Of a DNA stretch of 64,000 nt, positions 45,503 to 54,955 are shown piece after piece. The notes beneath the pieces are model-generated. The model did not search any database. It had not been told where the DNA came from and saw only the letters and a list, made by a program, of their open reading frames with translations. The position numbers and the translations under genes were made by a program. Every line of letters starts with the position of its first letter. The stretch's first letter is position 1. The DNA comes from Acidobacteriota bacterium. Its GTDB lineage: Bacteria > Acidobacteriota > Holophagae > Thermotomaculales > Thermotomaculaceae. The stretch lies in assembly GCA_013151025.1 (NCBI GenBank), contig JAADJC010000061.1, positions 25,419 to 89,418 on the forward strand, given 5' to 3'.

Positions 45503-48436
45503 TTAAAACACAAACGTATGTGTAAAATAGACTTTAACCCGCACGCCATCTTTCATAGCCGGCGTGAATTTCCATTTACTGAATGCCCGAATCGCTGCCT
45601 TCCCAAAATTGTTGCGTACTTTGACAGAATTCTGAAGTACCCGAACTTCACCGGCAACGACATTACCATTTTCATCAATCAAGCCCTGCACAAGCACTTC
45701 CCCGTGCAGATTCCGCCGCCGATCAATCACAGACGATCTTGCCCTGACTGTTTTTACTGGCGTGGGGAATACGACCTCGCCTTCAATGAGCGCCACCAGG
45801 TCCCCTTCTTTTGTTTTGGGAATAATGGGTTGGGGTATTGGTTTTATTTCTACAGGTTTCTTTACGACCGGTTCAAGGACAGGTTTTTCAACCACCGATT
45901 CTGGCTCCACTGTGGCCGGTTCATTCGTCGTTATACCTGTTGTTTCCTTTGCGGCAGTCTCATTTCCGGATGCCGGCTTCTTTGTAGTTGTTTTACCGGT
46001 ATCAGCTACTTTCGATTCCACTGCTTTAACTTCCGGCTTGGCCGCTTCGACTGCCGCTGGTGTTGTCGAAACAGTCTTTTTCTCTGCAACAACCGTCTTC
46101 TTGACCGGTTTTGGAGTCGATTTTTTCATTTTTTTCTGCTTCTTCAATTTCGCTTCCTCTTCCGCCAACTTCTTCTCCAACAGCTGTTGCACCAACTTTT
46201 CCCTGTCGATGCCCAGCACCGCTGAAGATGTAGTAGAAGCATTCGTCTGTGAGCCTGCAACCCCCTCTCCCTCAGCTTCCTGCCCGGCAGTCGGTGTTGC
46301 TGTCTCACCCTGAACCACAGTCGATGTCGGGGACTCAGGCTCTGTGGCTGTCTGGGTCTGAGGTTTCCGGGTTACCTGCCGGGCCGGAGCCGGTTTACGC
46401 ATCATGGCAAAATAACCGATTACACCAAGTATAATAACCACAACCACAATAGCTACGATTAATCCCGTCTTGTTGCCACCGCTACCACCGCCGAACTGCT
46501 CAATCAATTCGTCCTCATGTTTCTCCACATCTTCCAGATCAGGCATTATCATCGTACCGCTATCCATCTTGACTGTCGCGTTTACGTCCACGTCTTCATT
46601 CAGGTCGTCCAGGGTAAGTGCAGCGGCCGCTTCCTGCTCTGATTTGGGAGTCGGCACTTCAACTTCCTCAGGCTCGACCTCTTCATTCACGGTATACCGT
46701 CGGGAGATCTCTTCAATTGTGTTCATATCCCCCTGGTAGAGCGCATTGACAAACTGAGCAAGTATTCTCTCGTTTACTGCAAAGGGCAAAGATTCCATCA
46801 AGCCGTGAAGTTCTGATTCCATCTCCTTCGCACTCTGGAAACGATTCTCAATTTTTTTGGAAAATGCCTGGCGAATCAGTCGTTCAGTACCCTTGGACAC
46901 ATCCTCGTTCACTTCCTGAATCGGCGTATACTGAACCTTTCTCACTTTTTCCAGGATACTGATTTCACTGTCTGCGAGGAAACATTTTTTCCCGGTGATG
47001 GATTCGTATATCACGGATGCCAGCGAGAAAAGGTCGGAACGGTTGTCAATTGGTTTGCCATAGGCCTGTTCCGGAGACATATAGAGCAACTTGCCTTTCA
47101 GAGCTCCGGCCTGAGTATGGCTGGCTTTTGTGGCTGCCTTCGCAATACCGAAATCTACCAGCTTCACGTCCCCACCCTTTGAAATCAGAATATTCTGTGG
47201 GCTGATATCCCGATGGACAATCTTCAGGTCCTTCATGTCCAGACCTTTTTTCCGGTGCGCGTAATCCAGTGCGCTGAGCATTTTGCTCGCAATAAACAAA
47301 ACAAGCGGCTCTGGAATGCGTATTTTCTTCTTCTTACATTCCTTCAGAACATTACGAAGATCATAGCCTTCTACATATTCCATTGCTATATAGAACGAGT
47401 TTTCAATCTTTCCAAGGTCGTAGATCTGCGCAATATTGGGGTGGTTCAATTGAGCTGCAAGTTTGGCCTCATCAATAAACATCGTTACAAATTCTTCATT
47501 ATCAACAAGATGCGACAAAATTCGCTTAATTGCTACAATTTTTTGAAATCCCTGTACACCCCTTCGTTTCGCCTTGAACAGCTCCGCCATTCCACCTGTA
47601 GCCACTTTTTCCAGAAGCACGTAACTTCCATATTCAATTCCTTCGTTCTTCCCTTTCTTTTTCGATTTGTCTTCTGCTTCTGCTTTTGTTCTTCTTGGCT
47701 CGGGTGTTTCCGACTTTACTTCAACTTCCCGTTTCTTAACTTCAGGCCCCTGATCCAATTCAGGTTTTGGCTTCGGCTCTTCCATGGGCTTCGGAGAAAC
47801 TTCTACAACCGGTTCCTCCTTATGAGTCTCTTTTGCTTCCTTTGCCTTTTCCAGTTCCGCTATTGCCCCTAAATCTCCAGGCGCCTCTTCCACGTCTTTA
47901 ATCACATCACTGAAGATGTCGGATGAAGTAAGTACCGGTTCTTCTGAAGTTTTTTTCTTGTGCGAAATTGATTTCCCACCGGGCATTTTGCCGGACATGG
48001 TTTCTTCAAGGATTTCTTCCAGGCGTCTCCGGGCAGATGCCTTCTTCTTCGGCTTTGCAGGGGGTTCAGACAATTCCATGTACTTCTTAACCAGTGTCTG
48101 GAGTGTTTCATCTTCAAATGGCTCTTCCAGGTATTCCTTTACACCGTACTTGCTTATGGCCTCTGTCCGATAGCGGTTGCCCTTGTACACTGAAGTGACC
48201 ATAATAATGGGCAGGCCGGGATGTTCTGATGTTAATTTCTGAGCCACCTCAAAACCGGACAATTTTGGGAGCATGGGGTCAATAATGGCGAGATCAGGTA
48301 CAAACTCTTCCACAATATCCAATGCTTCAATACCGTTTTTGGCTGTCATAGACTCGTACCCGAGGTCTACGATTAGTTCATTCAGCCTGGAGAGTCGCTT
48401 TGGTTCGTAATTGACAATCAAAACTTTTTTTACCAT
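45503..48436 (-). CDS. REC receiver + Ser/Thr protein kinase + TM + low-complexity spacer + TonB_C domain fusion
   Basis: REC (AIIDPMLP). Hanks kinase motifs (GGMAELFKA, AIKR, HRDISPQNIL, DFGIAKA, SPEQ). TM GLIVAIVVVVIILGVIGYFAMM. P/T/K/E-rich spacer. C-terminus GEVLVQGLIDENGNVV...SKWKFTPAMKDGVRVKV. Confidence 0.85.
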   Translation of the reverse strand: MVKKVLIVNYEPKRLSRLNELIVDLGYESMTAKNGIEALDIVEEFVPDLAIIDPMLPKLSGFEVAQKLTSEHPGLPIIMVTSVYKGNRYRTEAISKYGVKEYLEEPFEDETLQTLVKKYMELSEPPAKPKKKASARRRLEEILEETMSGKMPGGKSISHKKKTSEEPVLTSSDIFSDVIKDVEEAPGDLGAIAELEKAKEAKETHKEEPVVEVSPKPMEEPKPKPELDQGPEVKKREVEVKSETPEPRRTKAEAEDKSKKKGKNEGIEYGSYVLLEKVATGGMAELFKAKRRGVQGFQKIVAIKRILSHLVDNEEFVTMFIDEAKLAAQLNHPNIAQIYDLGKIENSFYIAMEYVEGYDLRNVLKECKKKKIRIPEPLVLFIASKMLSALDYAHRKKGLDMKDLKIVHRDISPQNILISKGGDVKLVDFGIAKAATKASHTQAGALKGKLLYMSPEQAYGKPIDNRSDLFSLASVIYESITGKKCFLADSEISILEKVRKVQYTPIQEVNEDVSKGTERLIRQAFSKKIENRFQSAKEMESELHGLMESLPFAVNERILAQFVNALYQGDMNTIEEISRRYTVNEEVEPEEVEVPTPKSEQEAAAALTLDDLNEDVDVNATVKMDSGTMIMPDLEDVEKHEDELIEQFGGGSGGNKTGLIVAIVVVVIILGVIGYFAMMRKPAPARQVTRKPQTQTATEPESPTSTVVQGETATPTAGQEAEGEGVAGSQTNASTTSSAVLGIDREKLVQQLLEKKLAEEEAKLKKQKKMKKSTPKPVKKTVVAEKKTVSTTPAAVEAAKPEVKAVESKVADTGKTTTKKPASGNETAAKETTGITTNEPATVEPESVVEKPVLEPVVKKPVEIKPIPQPIIPKTKEGDLVALIEGEVVFPTPVKTVRARSSVIDRRRNLHGEVLVQGLIDENGNVVAGEVRVLQNSVKVRNNFGKAAIRAFSKWKFTPAMKDGVRVKVYFTHTFVF

Positions 48437-48610
48437 TTATTACCCCGCCCCAATAAATTGTTTTATTAAATATATCACAGCCCTTCCAAAAATGAAATAA
48501 AAAAAACACACTCACAAGAAAAGGTATCTTTATCCAACTTTTACATTACACAACTAATTGCCTCATCTACTATGGAGTTAATTCTCCGAAGTTTCTGAAC
48601 GCTCTTACTT

Positions 48611-49129
48611 TTACTCTTCCTGCCCACTGGCATACTGAAACAGGCCTCCCGCAGCAACAATATCTGCCTGAACCTTTGAAAAAGAACGCCCATAAAACCG
48701 AGCCCCCTTTTCACCTCTTATCTCTCCTGATTCACTATCCACTTTTACATTGTCCCCGGTTTGGAATCCAGCAACAGATATTCCCGGCGCTTCGAGAATC
48801 GGAAAGGCTGAATTGATCGCATTCCGCTTGTAAATAGCCCCGAATGATTCGGCAATAAGCAAGGCAACCCCCAGTGACTTGAAACAATCCACCGCCTGCT
48901 GACGAGATGACCCCGCACCGAAATTCCGACCTGCAATCACAATGTCCCCGGATCGTGCTTTTTCTGCAAAATCTTTCCACCCGGCCAGGTTGTCCAGCGC
49001 ATATTGCCCCATTTTTGCAATGTCCGTCTCCGCAAGGTAGCGGTTATGGAAAATCATATCTGTATCAATATCATCAATCAATCTGCCATCCTTGTCTGTC
49101 AACACCCAGATTCTTCCCGTAAAGTTCAT
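48611..49129 (-). CDS. Aconitase-family dehydratase small subunit (LeuD/HacB-like)
   Basis: ~170 aa with GRNFGAGSSRQQA (expected GCGSSRE-type), following the large subunit with a 4-nt overlap. Confidence 0.85.
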   Translation of the reverse strand: MNFTGRIWVLTDKDGRLIDDIDTDMIFHNRYLAETDIAKMGQYALDNLAGWKDFAEKARSGDIVIAGRNFGAGSSRQQAVDCFKSLGVALLIAESFGAIYKRNAINSAFPILEAPGISVAGFQTGDNVKVDSESGEIRGEKGARFYGRSFSKVQADIVAAGGLFQYASGQEE

Positions 49130-50403
49130 AAGACCCCCTCCTCGGCCAGAAAATCTACCGGGTCAGTAATCTTTCCCGTTACTGAGCTAACTGCGGCAAC
49201 GACCGGGCTTGCAAGATATGTATCCCCATCTCCCTGCTTACCGCGAAAATTACGGTTTGAGGTGGAAATCTGAACTTCCCCCTTCCCCGTCATCCCAATC
49301 TGCCCCGAGGCACAACCGCCACAGCCGGGGTTGGAGATAATCACTCCCGCATTGTAGAGTGTCGAAATAGTCCCATCCGCGAGAAGCTGCCCGAAGACAC
49401 CTTTTGTTGCCGGTACTGCTTTTACCATAACTCCCTCATGGACTGGAAACCGGGAAAATATTTTTGCTGCTGCGTGAAAATCCTCTACCCTGCCGTTTGT
49501 GCAGGAACCGATAAAAACAGCATCTACCGGCCTTCCTTCAACCTCTTTCACGTTCTTCACATTGTCAGGTTTCGGCGGACAGGCAATCTGAGGCATCAAA
49601 CCGGAAATATCAATTTCCTCCACACGGCTGTACACAGCGTCATTATCCGGGAATGGCATAGAGACATTGTCCTTACCGGTTACCTTTCGAAAATGAGCCA
49701 GAATCTCCTCATTGGGATAAATAAAGCCAATGATACCCCCCATCTCTGTCACCATGCTGGAAAGCGTAATCCTTTCGTGCATCGTCAGGCTTTCAATCAC
49801 ATCCCCGGTAAACTCAACCGCAGACCCCAGCGCCCCACGGGAACCCATGTGGCGCAAAGTCCACAAAGTCAAATCCTTTGCCGTAACCGGGAATTTATAC
49901 GGCTCACCCTTGAACACGACCTTGATCGTTTCCGGCACTTCAAACCAGGTGCGGCCCGTTTTGAACGCAAAGGCAATATCCGCATCACCCATTCCCTGCC
50001 CGAACGAGCCCACTGCACCCAGGATATTCAAATGGCTGTCGGTACCCACATAGATTGAGCCGGGCCAGCACAACCCCTGCTCAATCGCCACATGGGAACC
50101 GATTCCGGAATCCACGTCAAACACCTTCATCCCTTTCTTTCGGCCAAACACCCGGCAAAGTTGTTGATTGTTCGCGTAAGGGATATTGTTTGCGGGAACC
50201 ACACAATCAAAGGTGAAATAGGTCTTTGAAGGATCAGCCAACTGAACATCCTCTCCGTAAATCGACTCCAGTCTTTTCACCACATTGGGGCCACCGAAAT
50301 CGCGAGCTGTTCGGGTATCAATATCCAGCCATATCACATTCCCCGGCTTCACTTCGTCTGATGAATGATTCATGAAAATCTTTTCAATCACCGTATTTCC
50401 CAT
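49126..50403 (-). CDS. Aconitase-family dehydratase large subunit (LeuC/HacA-like, short archaeal-type)
   Basis: ATG 50403 has a GAGGAG SD. Cluster-ligand motifs GSCTNGR and CGGCASG, and GTDSH. Confidence 0.88.
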   Translation of the reverse strand: MGNTVIEKIFMNHSSDEVKPGNVIWLDIDTRTARDFGGPNVVKRLESIYGEDVQLADPSKTYFTFDCVVPANNIPYANNQQLCRVFGRKKGMKVFDVDSGIGSHVAIEQGLCWPGSIYVGTDSHLNILGAVGSFGQGMGDADIAFAFKTGRTWFEVPETIKVVFKGEPYKFPVTAKDLTLWTLRHMGSRGALGSAVEFTGDVIESLTMHERITLSSMVTEMGGIIGFIYPNEEILAHFRKVTGKDNVSMPFPDNDAVYSRVEEIDISGLMPQIACPPKPDNVKNVKEVEGRPVDAVFIGSCTNGRVEDFHAAAKIFSRFPVHEGVMVKAVPATKGVFGQLLADGTISTLYNAGVIISNPGCGGCASGQIGMTGKGEVQISTSNRNFRGKQGDGDTYLASPVVAAVSSVTGKITDPVDFLAEEGVL

Positions 50404-50512
50404 TTTTTCTCCTCTTGTCAGCTTCCAAACTTCAAAATTCACCCACATTCTACAGGAGAAAAAGGTCAAAGGGAAGAAAGTGGGTATTATACGTGGGCAT
50501 CAGCTTGGAAAA

Positions 50513-50538
50513 GACGGGAAAATGACACATTCCCCGCC
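50513..50538 (+). repeat. GGGAA-AATGACACA-TTCCCCGCC hairpin module
   Basis: Same stem and 3' tail as the 12573, 16105 and 53644 copies. Confidence 0.7.
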
Positions 50539-50615
50539 TTTTTTCTTTGCAAGTTCGGAATTAAAAGTTGCATTGGTGTAATGTAGGGGACCGCACACAA
50601 ACTGGCCGGCTCTAT

Positions 50616-52070
50616 TCAACGCTTCCAGAAAACCGGGGTGAACAACACCATGACGGTATAGATTTCAAGACGTCCTATCATCATGGCGAAACTGAGTACC
50701 CACTTGATCCAGTCCGGATAAAACCCGTAATTTTCCGCCGGACCGACCAGACCCAGACCCGGACCGATATTTCCGACCGTTGCCAGCGCCGTTGTCAGTG
50801 AGGTCAGAATGTCGTGTTCAGCTGATGCGACAAGAAGGGTTACGATCAAAACCAGAAAAACGTACAGGAAAAAGAATCCCGAAATGGCAAAGACGATGCT
50901 GTTTTTAACCGATCGGCCACTGAGTTTCAGCGTGAGGACGGCCCGTGGATGTACAAGTTGTTTCATTTCCTTAAAGCCCTGCTTGAAAAGGGTAACGATG
51001 CGGATAACCTTGATGCCGCCGCCTGTAGACCCGGAACAGCCCCCGATAAACATGAGAAAGACGAGAACGGTCTGGGACAGGAATGGCCATTTTTCGAAAT
51101 CGGTGGTGGAGTAGCCTGTAGTGGTCAGAATAGACGCAGACTGGAAGGCGGCATGGCTTACCGTTTCGGACAAAGTCTGAAACAATCCGCCCTTGAATAA
51201 ATCCAGGGTAATAATGATTGTAGCCACAAAGAAAATAAGAAGATACGCCTTCAGTTCACTATCCCTGAAAACAGATTTCCGAGGCCCTGTCAACAACTTG
51301 AAATGAAGAGCGAAGTTCATACCGGCGATGAGCATGAACACGGTGATGACTCCGTTGATATACAGTGAATGGTAGTAACCGATGCTGGTATTTTTCGGGG
51401 AAAAACCCCCCGTAGCAAGAGTACCGAAGGTGTGGGTGGTGGCGTCAAACAGGTTCATGCCGCCAAACAACAGGAGAACGATTTCCAGCAGGGTGAAGGC
51501 CATATACAGATACCAGAGAATCTTGGCGGTTTCCGTGATCCGTGGCGTCAGCCGATCCACCGATGGCCCCGGCGCCTCGGCCCGGATAAGCTGAAGACCG
51601 CCGATTCCCAGCAGTGGCAGTACCGCAACGGTGAGTACCACAATGCCCATGCCCCCCAGCCAATGGGTGAGAGACCGCCAGAACAGCAATGATTTCGGCA
51701 GCAATTCAATCCGGGTGAGGATTGAGGCGCCGGTGGTGGTAAAACCGGACATGGTTTCAAAGAAAGCGTCGGTGTACGTTGACATGCTTCCCGACAAGTA
51801 AAATGGCAGGGCGCCGAACGCGGCGGCAGCAAGCCAGCTCACGCTTACCAGCAAGTAGCCGTCCCTGGGAGTCAATTCCCGTACTTTCAGGTTCCGGGTT
51901 CCAACCAGCACCAAAATTGCCGACGCAGCCATGAAGGCAACCGGTGCAAGAAAGGCAATTATTGTCCGTGAGTTTTCCCCCGCCAATGCCATCATGGCGG
52001 GAATCAGCATGAACGCTGCAATAATGAGCACCAGCGCGGCGGTAATCCTGGCAACCAGCCGTAAATTCAT
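50616..52070 (-). CDS. trkH: Potassium uptake protein TrkH
   Basis: Polytopic, with repeated selectivity-filter-like TTTG/TGG segments. 4-nt overlap with trkA. Confidence 0.9.
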   Translation of the reverse strand: MNLRLVARITAALVLIIAAFMLIPAMMALAGENSRTIIAFLAPVAFMAASAILVLVGTRNLKVRELTPRDGYLLVSVSWLAAAAFGALPFYLSGSMSTYTDAFFETMSGFTTTGASILTRIELLPKSLLFWRSLTHWLGGMGIVVLTVAVLPLLGIGGLQLIRAEAPGPSVDRLTPRITETAKILWYLYMAFTLLEIVLLLFGGMNLFDATTHTFGTLATGGFSPKNTSIGYYHSLYINGVITVFMLIAGMNFALHFKLLTGPRKSVFRDSELKAYLLIFFVATIIITLDLFKGGLFQTLSETVSHAAFQSASILTTTGYSTTDFEKWPFLSQTVLVFLMFIGGCSGSTGGGIKVIRIVTLFKQGFKEMKQLVHPRAVLTLKLSGRSVKNSIVFAISGFFFLYVFLVLIVTLLVASAEHDILTSLTTALATVGNIGPGLGLVGPAENYGFYPDWIKWVLSFAMMIGRLEIYTVMVLFTPVFWKR

Positions 52071-53419
52071 GCTTTTTCTTCCGCAAACAGCCGTTCCAGC
52101 TTTTCAATGGCATTTTTCTTGACGAAGACCATGACCAGATCGTCGGCCTTAAGGACGGTTTGACCGTCCGGGATGAGATCAGAACCATCTCTGCGAATGG
52201 CCAGTACCAGCGCATTTTTCGGTATCCTTAAATCCTTCAGAGCGGTTTCCACAAGTGGATTATTTTCAGACAAGGTAAATTCAATAACCTCGGAACGCCC
52301 GTCAAAGAGTGTGTGAACGCTGCGGATATTCCCCCTGCGAAGGTACTGAACGATGGCGTTAACCGAGCTTAGTTTCGGACTGACTGTGGTATCAATTCCC
52401 AAATTGGCGGCCAGGTTGAGATAGTTGGGCCTGCTGACCAGTGCCAGGGCCCGCCCAGCCCCTTTGCTCTTGGCATAAACACCCGCAAGGATGTTCAGCT
52501 CCTCATTTTCGGTGGCGGTAATAATCAAGTCTGTTTCAGCCAGGCGTTCATCCTGAAAGATAGACTCATTAGAAATGTCGCCGTTCAACACCAGCACATC
52601 AGGCAGGGACTCCGCCAATTCCCGACATTTATCCTCATCCCGATCTACCAGCCGGACGGCATACCGGTTTCCAGCCAGATAACCTGCCACATAGCGCCCA
52701 ATCATACTGCCGCCGACCACGACTACATGATGCAGCCGGGACTTGATCTTACCCGCCTTTTCCAGTACCTGGTTCATTGTGGACTCCTCTGCTACCAGAT
52801 AGATATGATCCTTTTCTTCAATCCGTGTACTGCCTGTGGGCACAATGATGTCGCCATCTCTGATAATTCCGGCAATGAGGAAACTCTCCTGGATATCCCC
52901 CTTGATCCGCTTCAGTGTCTTATCCCTGAAGGACGAATCGGCGTCAATGAACAGCTTGCGCAGTTCGATCCGGGTATTTTCAAATACCGTCACGTCGGTA
53001 ATAGCACCGTGCCGGACAGTGTCCAGTATGGCCTTCGCCGCCTCAGTTTCCTGATTCACTACAAAGTCAATGCCCAGATGAGGGCTGGCGAACAGCGTAG
53101 TTTTCAGATAATAGAGGTTCCTGACTCGGGCGATTTTTTTGATTTTTGGAAATTCGGCACCAACCAGAAAACAAGCAATGATATTGACTTCATCACTGTC
53201 GGTCGCCGCTACAAAATACTGGGTATCGTCCAAATTGGCGGCCCGGATTTCTTCCAGATTGTTACCGTCGGCATGGAGTACGAGGCAATCCAGATGGGAA
53301 GCTGCATATTCAGCTCGGGAAGCATCCTTCTCAATCAGCGCCACGTCCCGTTTTTCCAGAATCAACTGTTCAGCAAGATTGTATCCAACTTGTCCGGCCC
53401 CGACAATAACTGTTTTCAT
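52067..53419 (-). CDS. trkA: Potassium uptake NAD-binding protein TrkA
   Basis: Two RCK_N Rossmann motifs (IVGAGQVG, VVGGSMIG) plus RCK_C domains. Confidence 0.9.
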   Translation of the reverse strand: MKTVIVGAGQVGYNLAEQLILEKRDVALIEKDASRAEYAASHLDCLVLHADGNNLEEIRAANLDDTQYFVAATDSDEVNIIACFLVGAEFPKIKKIARVRNLYYLKTTLFASPHLGIDFVVNQETEAAKAILDTVRHGAITDVTVFENTRIELRKLFIDADSSFRDKTLKRIKGDIQESFLIAGIIRDGDIIVPTGSTRIEEKDHIYLVAEESTMNQVLEKAGKIKSRLHHVVVVGGSMIGRYVAGYLAGNRYAVRLVDRDEDKCRELAESLPDVLVLNGDISNESIFQDERLAETDLIITATENEELNILAGVYAKSKGAGRALALVSRPNYLNLAANLGIDTTVSPKLSSVNAIVQYLRRGNIRSVHTLFDGRSEVIEFTLSENNPLVETALKDLRIPKNALVLAIRRDGSDLIPDGQTVLKADDLVMVFVKKNAIEKLERLFAEEKA

Positions 53420-53591
53420 GGCACCAGTAAACCATGAAACGCCATTTTACTCAAGTTCCAATCAAGGAAAAAAAGTGGGCGTTATGCATTGCGTGGACGG
53501 CAGAGCGGCCCACAAGGCCGCGTGGATGGCGAATGGTGGCTGGTTCACAGAGGGACAAGAAAGGGAATCGCTCAATTCTCTGCCATTTCCC

Positions 53592-53613
53592 AATCTTATC
53601 AGGACTCAACCTT
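53592..53613 (-). repeat. AAGGTTGAGT module copy (inverted)
   Basis: AATCTTATCAGGACTCAACCTT differs at 1 of 22 nt from the reverse complement of the 18823-18844 copy. Confidence 0.75.
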
Positions 53614-53643
53614 TTCCCTTCAGGCTGGAGTAGAAGTAAGACA

Positions 53644-53667
53644 AATCAGGGAATTGGCCATTCCCCG
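53644..53667 (+). repeat. AATCAGGGAAT-TGGCC-ATTCCCCG hairpin module
   Basis: 6-bp stem GGGAAT/ATTCCC. It is preceded by AAGACAAATCAGGG, which also occurs (13 of 14 nt) at 12412-12425. Confidence 0.75.
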
Positions 53668-53690
53668 TATTTTCACCCCTCTTTTTCCAA

Positions 53691-53726
53691 CCATCCACTA
53701 TTCACTATCCACTGCGGCAAAGCCGC
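53691..53726 (-). repeat. Gene-end hairpin plus 3 heptads
   Basis: GCGGC-AAA-GCCGC starts 1 nt after the DciA-like stop. It is followed in the transcription direction by AGTGGAT AGTGAAT AGTGGAT. Confidence 0.8.
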
Positions 53727-53727
53727 A

Positions 53728-54015
53728 TCACGCATCGCGTCGAAGTCGGACTTGAAGGCGGGATAATCGAAGGGGATAACGATTCAAGGCCCGAACAATG
53801 GTATCTGCTTCCGCACGAAACGCAGCAAAGTATTCTCTTGCCTCAATTTCCACTGTCAATGTACCCCCCACCAGACTGACCGGCTTTCCCCAACTGCATA
53901 CCGGCTCCGGTATTACACGGTTCCACATCATCTTGATGAATTCCAGGGGTGGACACCCCCATTTCAGAAGCAGTTCGGGAGAAATGGTCTTGAAGTATTT
54001 ATCCGTCACGCTCAA
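53728..54015 (-). CDS. DUF721 (DciA-like) protein
   Basis: W..V.....S....L..GTLTVEIE....F..F......I...LN pattern typical of DUF721 (recalled). 17-nt overlap with the upstream gene. Confidence 0.5.
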   Translation of the reverse strand: MSVTDKYFKTISPELLLKWGCPPLEFIKMMWNRVIPEPVCSWGKPVSLVGGTLTVEIEAREYFAAFRAEADTIVRALNRYPLRLSRLQVRLRRDA

Positions 54016-54922
54016 AACCGACCACCTTGTTTTTCCCCTCTTGTTTCGCTCTGTACATCATGGAATCAACAGCAACCAACATTTCCTGGGCGGAATTGAA
54101 ATTTTCGTTTTCCAGAGTCACAACCCCGAAACTGGCCGATATGGACAAGGAAATAGCTCCGTATTCAAATTTATGACTTGAAAGTGCATCCCGAAGTATT
54201 TCAGTTTTCTGCATCGCTGCCGGATACTGGGTATTTTTCATTACAATGACCATCTCTTCCCCGCCATACCTGGAAAAAAAGTCAATTTCACGGATTTTCG
54301 TCTTCACCACGTATACCACATCTTTCAACACCATATCTCCACATGTATGTCCGTACTTGTCATTTACCTGTTTAAAGTCATCCAGATCAAAGAACACCAG
54401 ACTTAATGGAAGAGCTGTTCGGTGATGAAAAAGAAATTCCTTTCGAAAATTCTCCTGGAAATACGTACGGTTATAGATCCCGGTCAGAGGATCCCGAGTG
54501 GCCTTGTTAAACAACATCCGGTTGATATCCAGATCAATCTGGTCGGTATAAGCAAATTTGAACGCGCAGATATCTCCGAGAAACACCCGGTCTCCATTCT
54601 TCAGCGCCCGAACCTGCACCTGTTCACCGTTCACAAAAGTCCCGTTGGTGCTGTTCAGATCCCTGACAAACACATTTTTTCCCTGGCGAAACACTGCGCA
54701 ATGCTTTCGGGAAAGCGCAGTAATATCAAGGCAAATATCGCATTCAGGGCTTCGCCCAATTGTCAGTTCCATGGCCACATTTACAGTAACTGTCTTTCCC
54801 AGCATTTCGTTTACCAGCAGCGTAATTGTCGGTGTAATACTGGGTTTCATCAATGCCTGTTTCTTTAACGCTTCAACATTTATAATGTCGGTGGTGTCAA
54901 ACCGCTTTCTCATGTCTGCCAT
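53999..54922 (-). CDS. FHA domain + GGDEF diguanylate cyclase
   Basis: FHA (IGRSPECDICL...LSRKHCAVF...STNGTFVNGE). GGDEF domain with active-site RYGGEEM and the upstream DPLTGIYNR. Confidence 0.85.
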   Translation of the reverse strand: MADMRKRFDTTDIINVEALKKQALMKPSITPTITLLVNEMLGKTVTVNVAMELTIGRSPECDICLDITALSRKHCAVFRQGKNVFVRDLNSTNGTFVNGEQVQVRALKNGDRVFLGDICAFKFAYTDQIDLDINRMLFNKATRDPLTGIYNRTYFQENFRKEFLFHHRTALPLSLVFFDLDDFKQVNDKYGHTCGDMVLKDVVYVVKTKIREIDFFSRYGGEEMVIVMKNTQYPAAMQKTEILRDALSSHKFEYGAISLSISASFGVVTLENENFNSAQEMLVAVDSMMYRAKQEGKNKVVGFERDG

Positions 54923-54955
54923 TTTACCAGAAACCTCAGAAAACTGGAAAATTCT

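Noticed and set aside
45518-47872. Long antisense ORFs (45518-46225, 45762-46313, 47213-47872) opposite the kinase-TonB_C gene
   Set aside because: They arise from the low-complexity K/E/P/T-coding region of the sense strand and carry no motifs.
53420-53527. c-di-AMP (ydaO-type) riboswitch or attenuator in the trkA leader
   Set aside because: There is only a GCGGCC-UUGUG-GGCCGC hairpin (53505-53521) and a weak 6-bp stem (GUGGGC/GCCCAC, 27-nt loop) before a U7 run (53468-53474). No ydaO-like conserved blocks were recognised. This is too weak to call without an Rfam scan.
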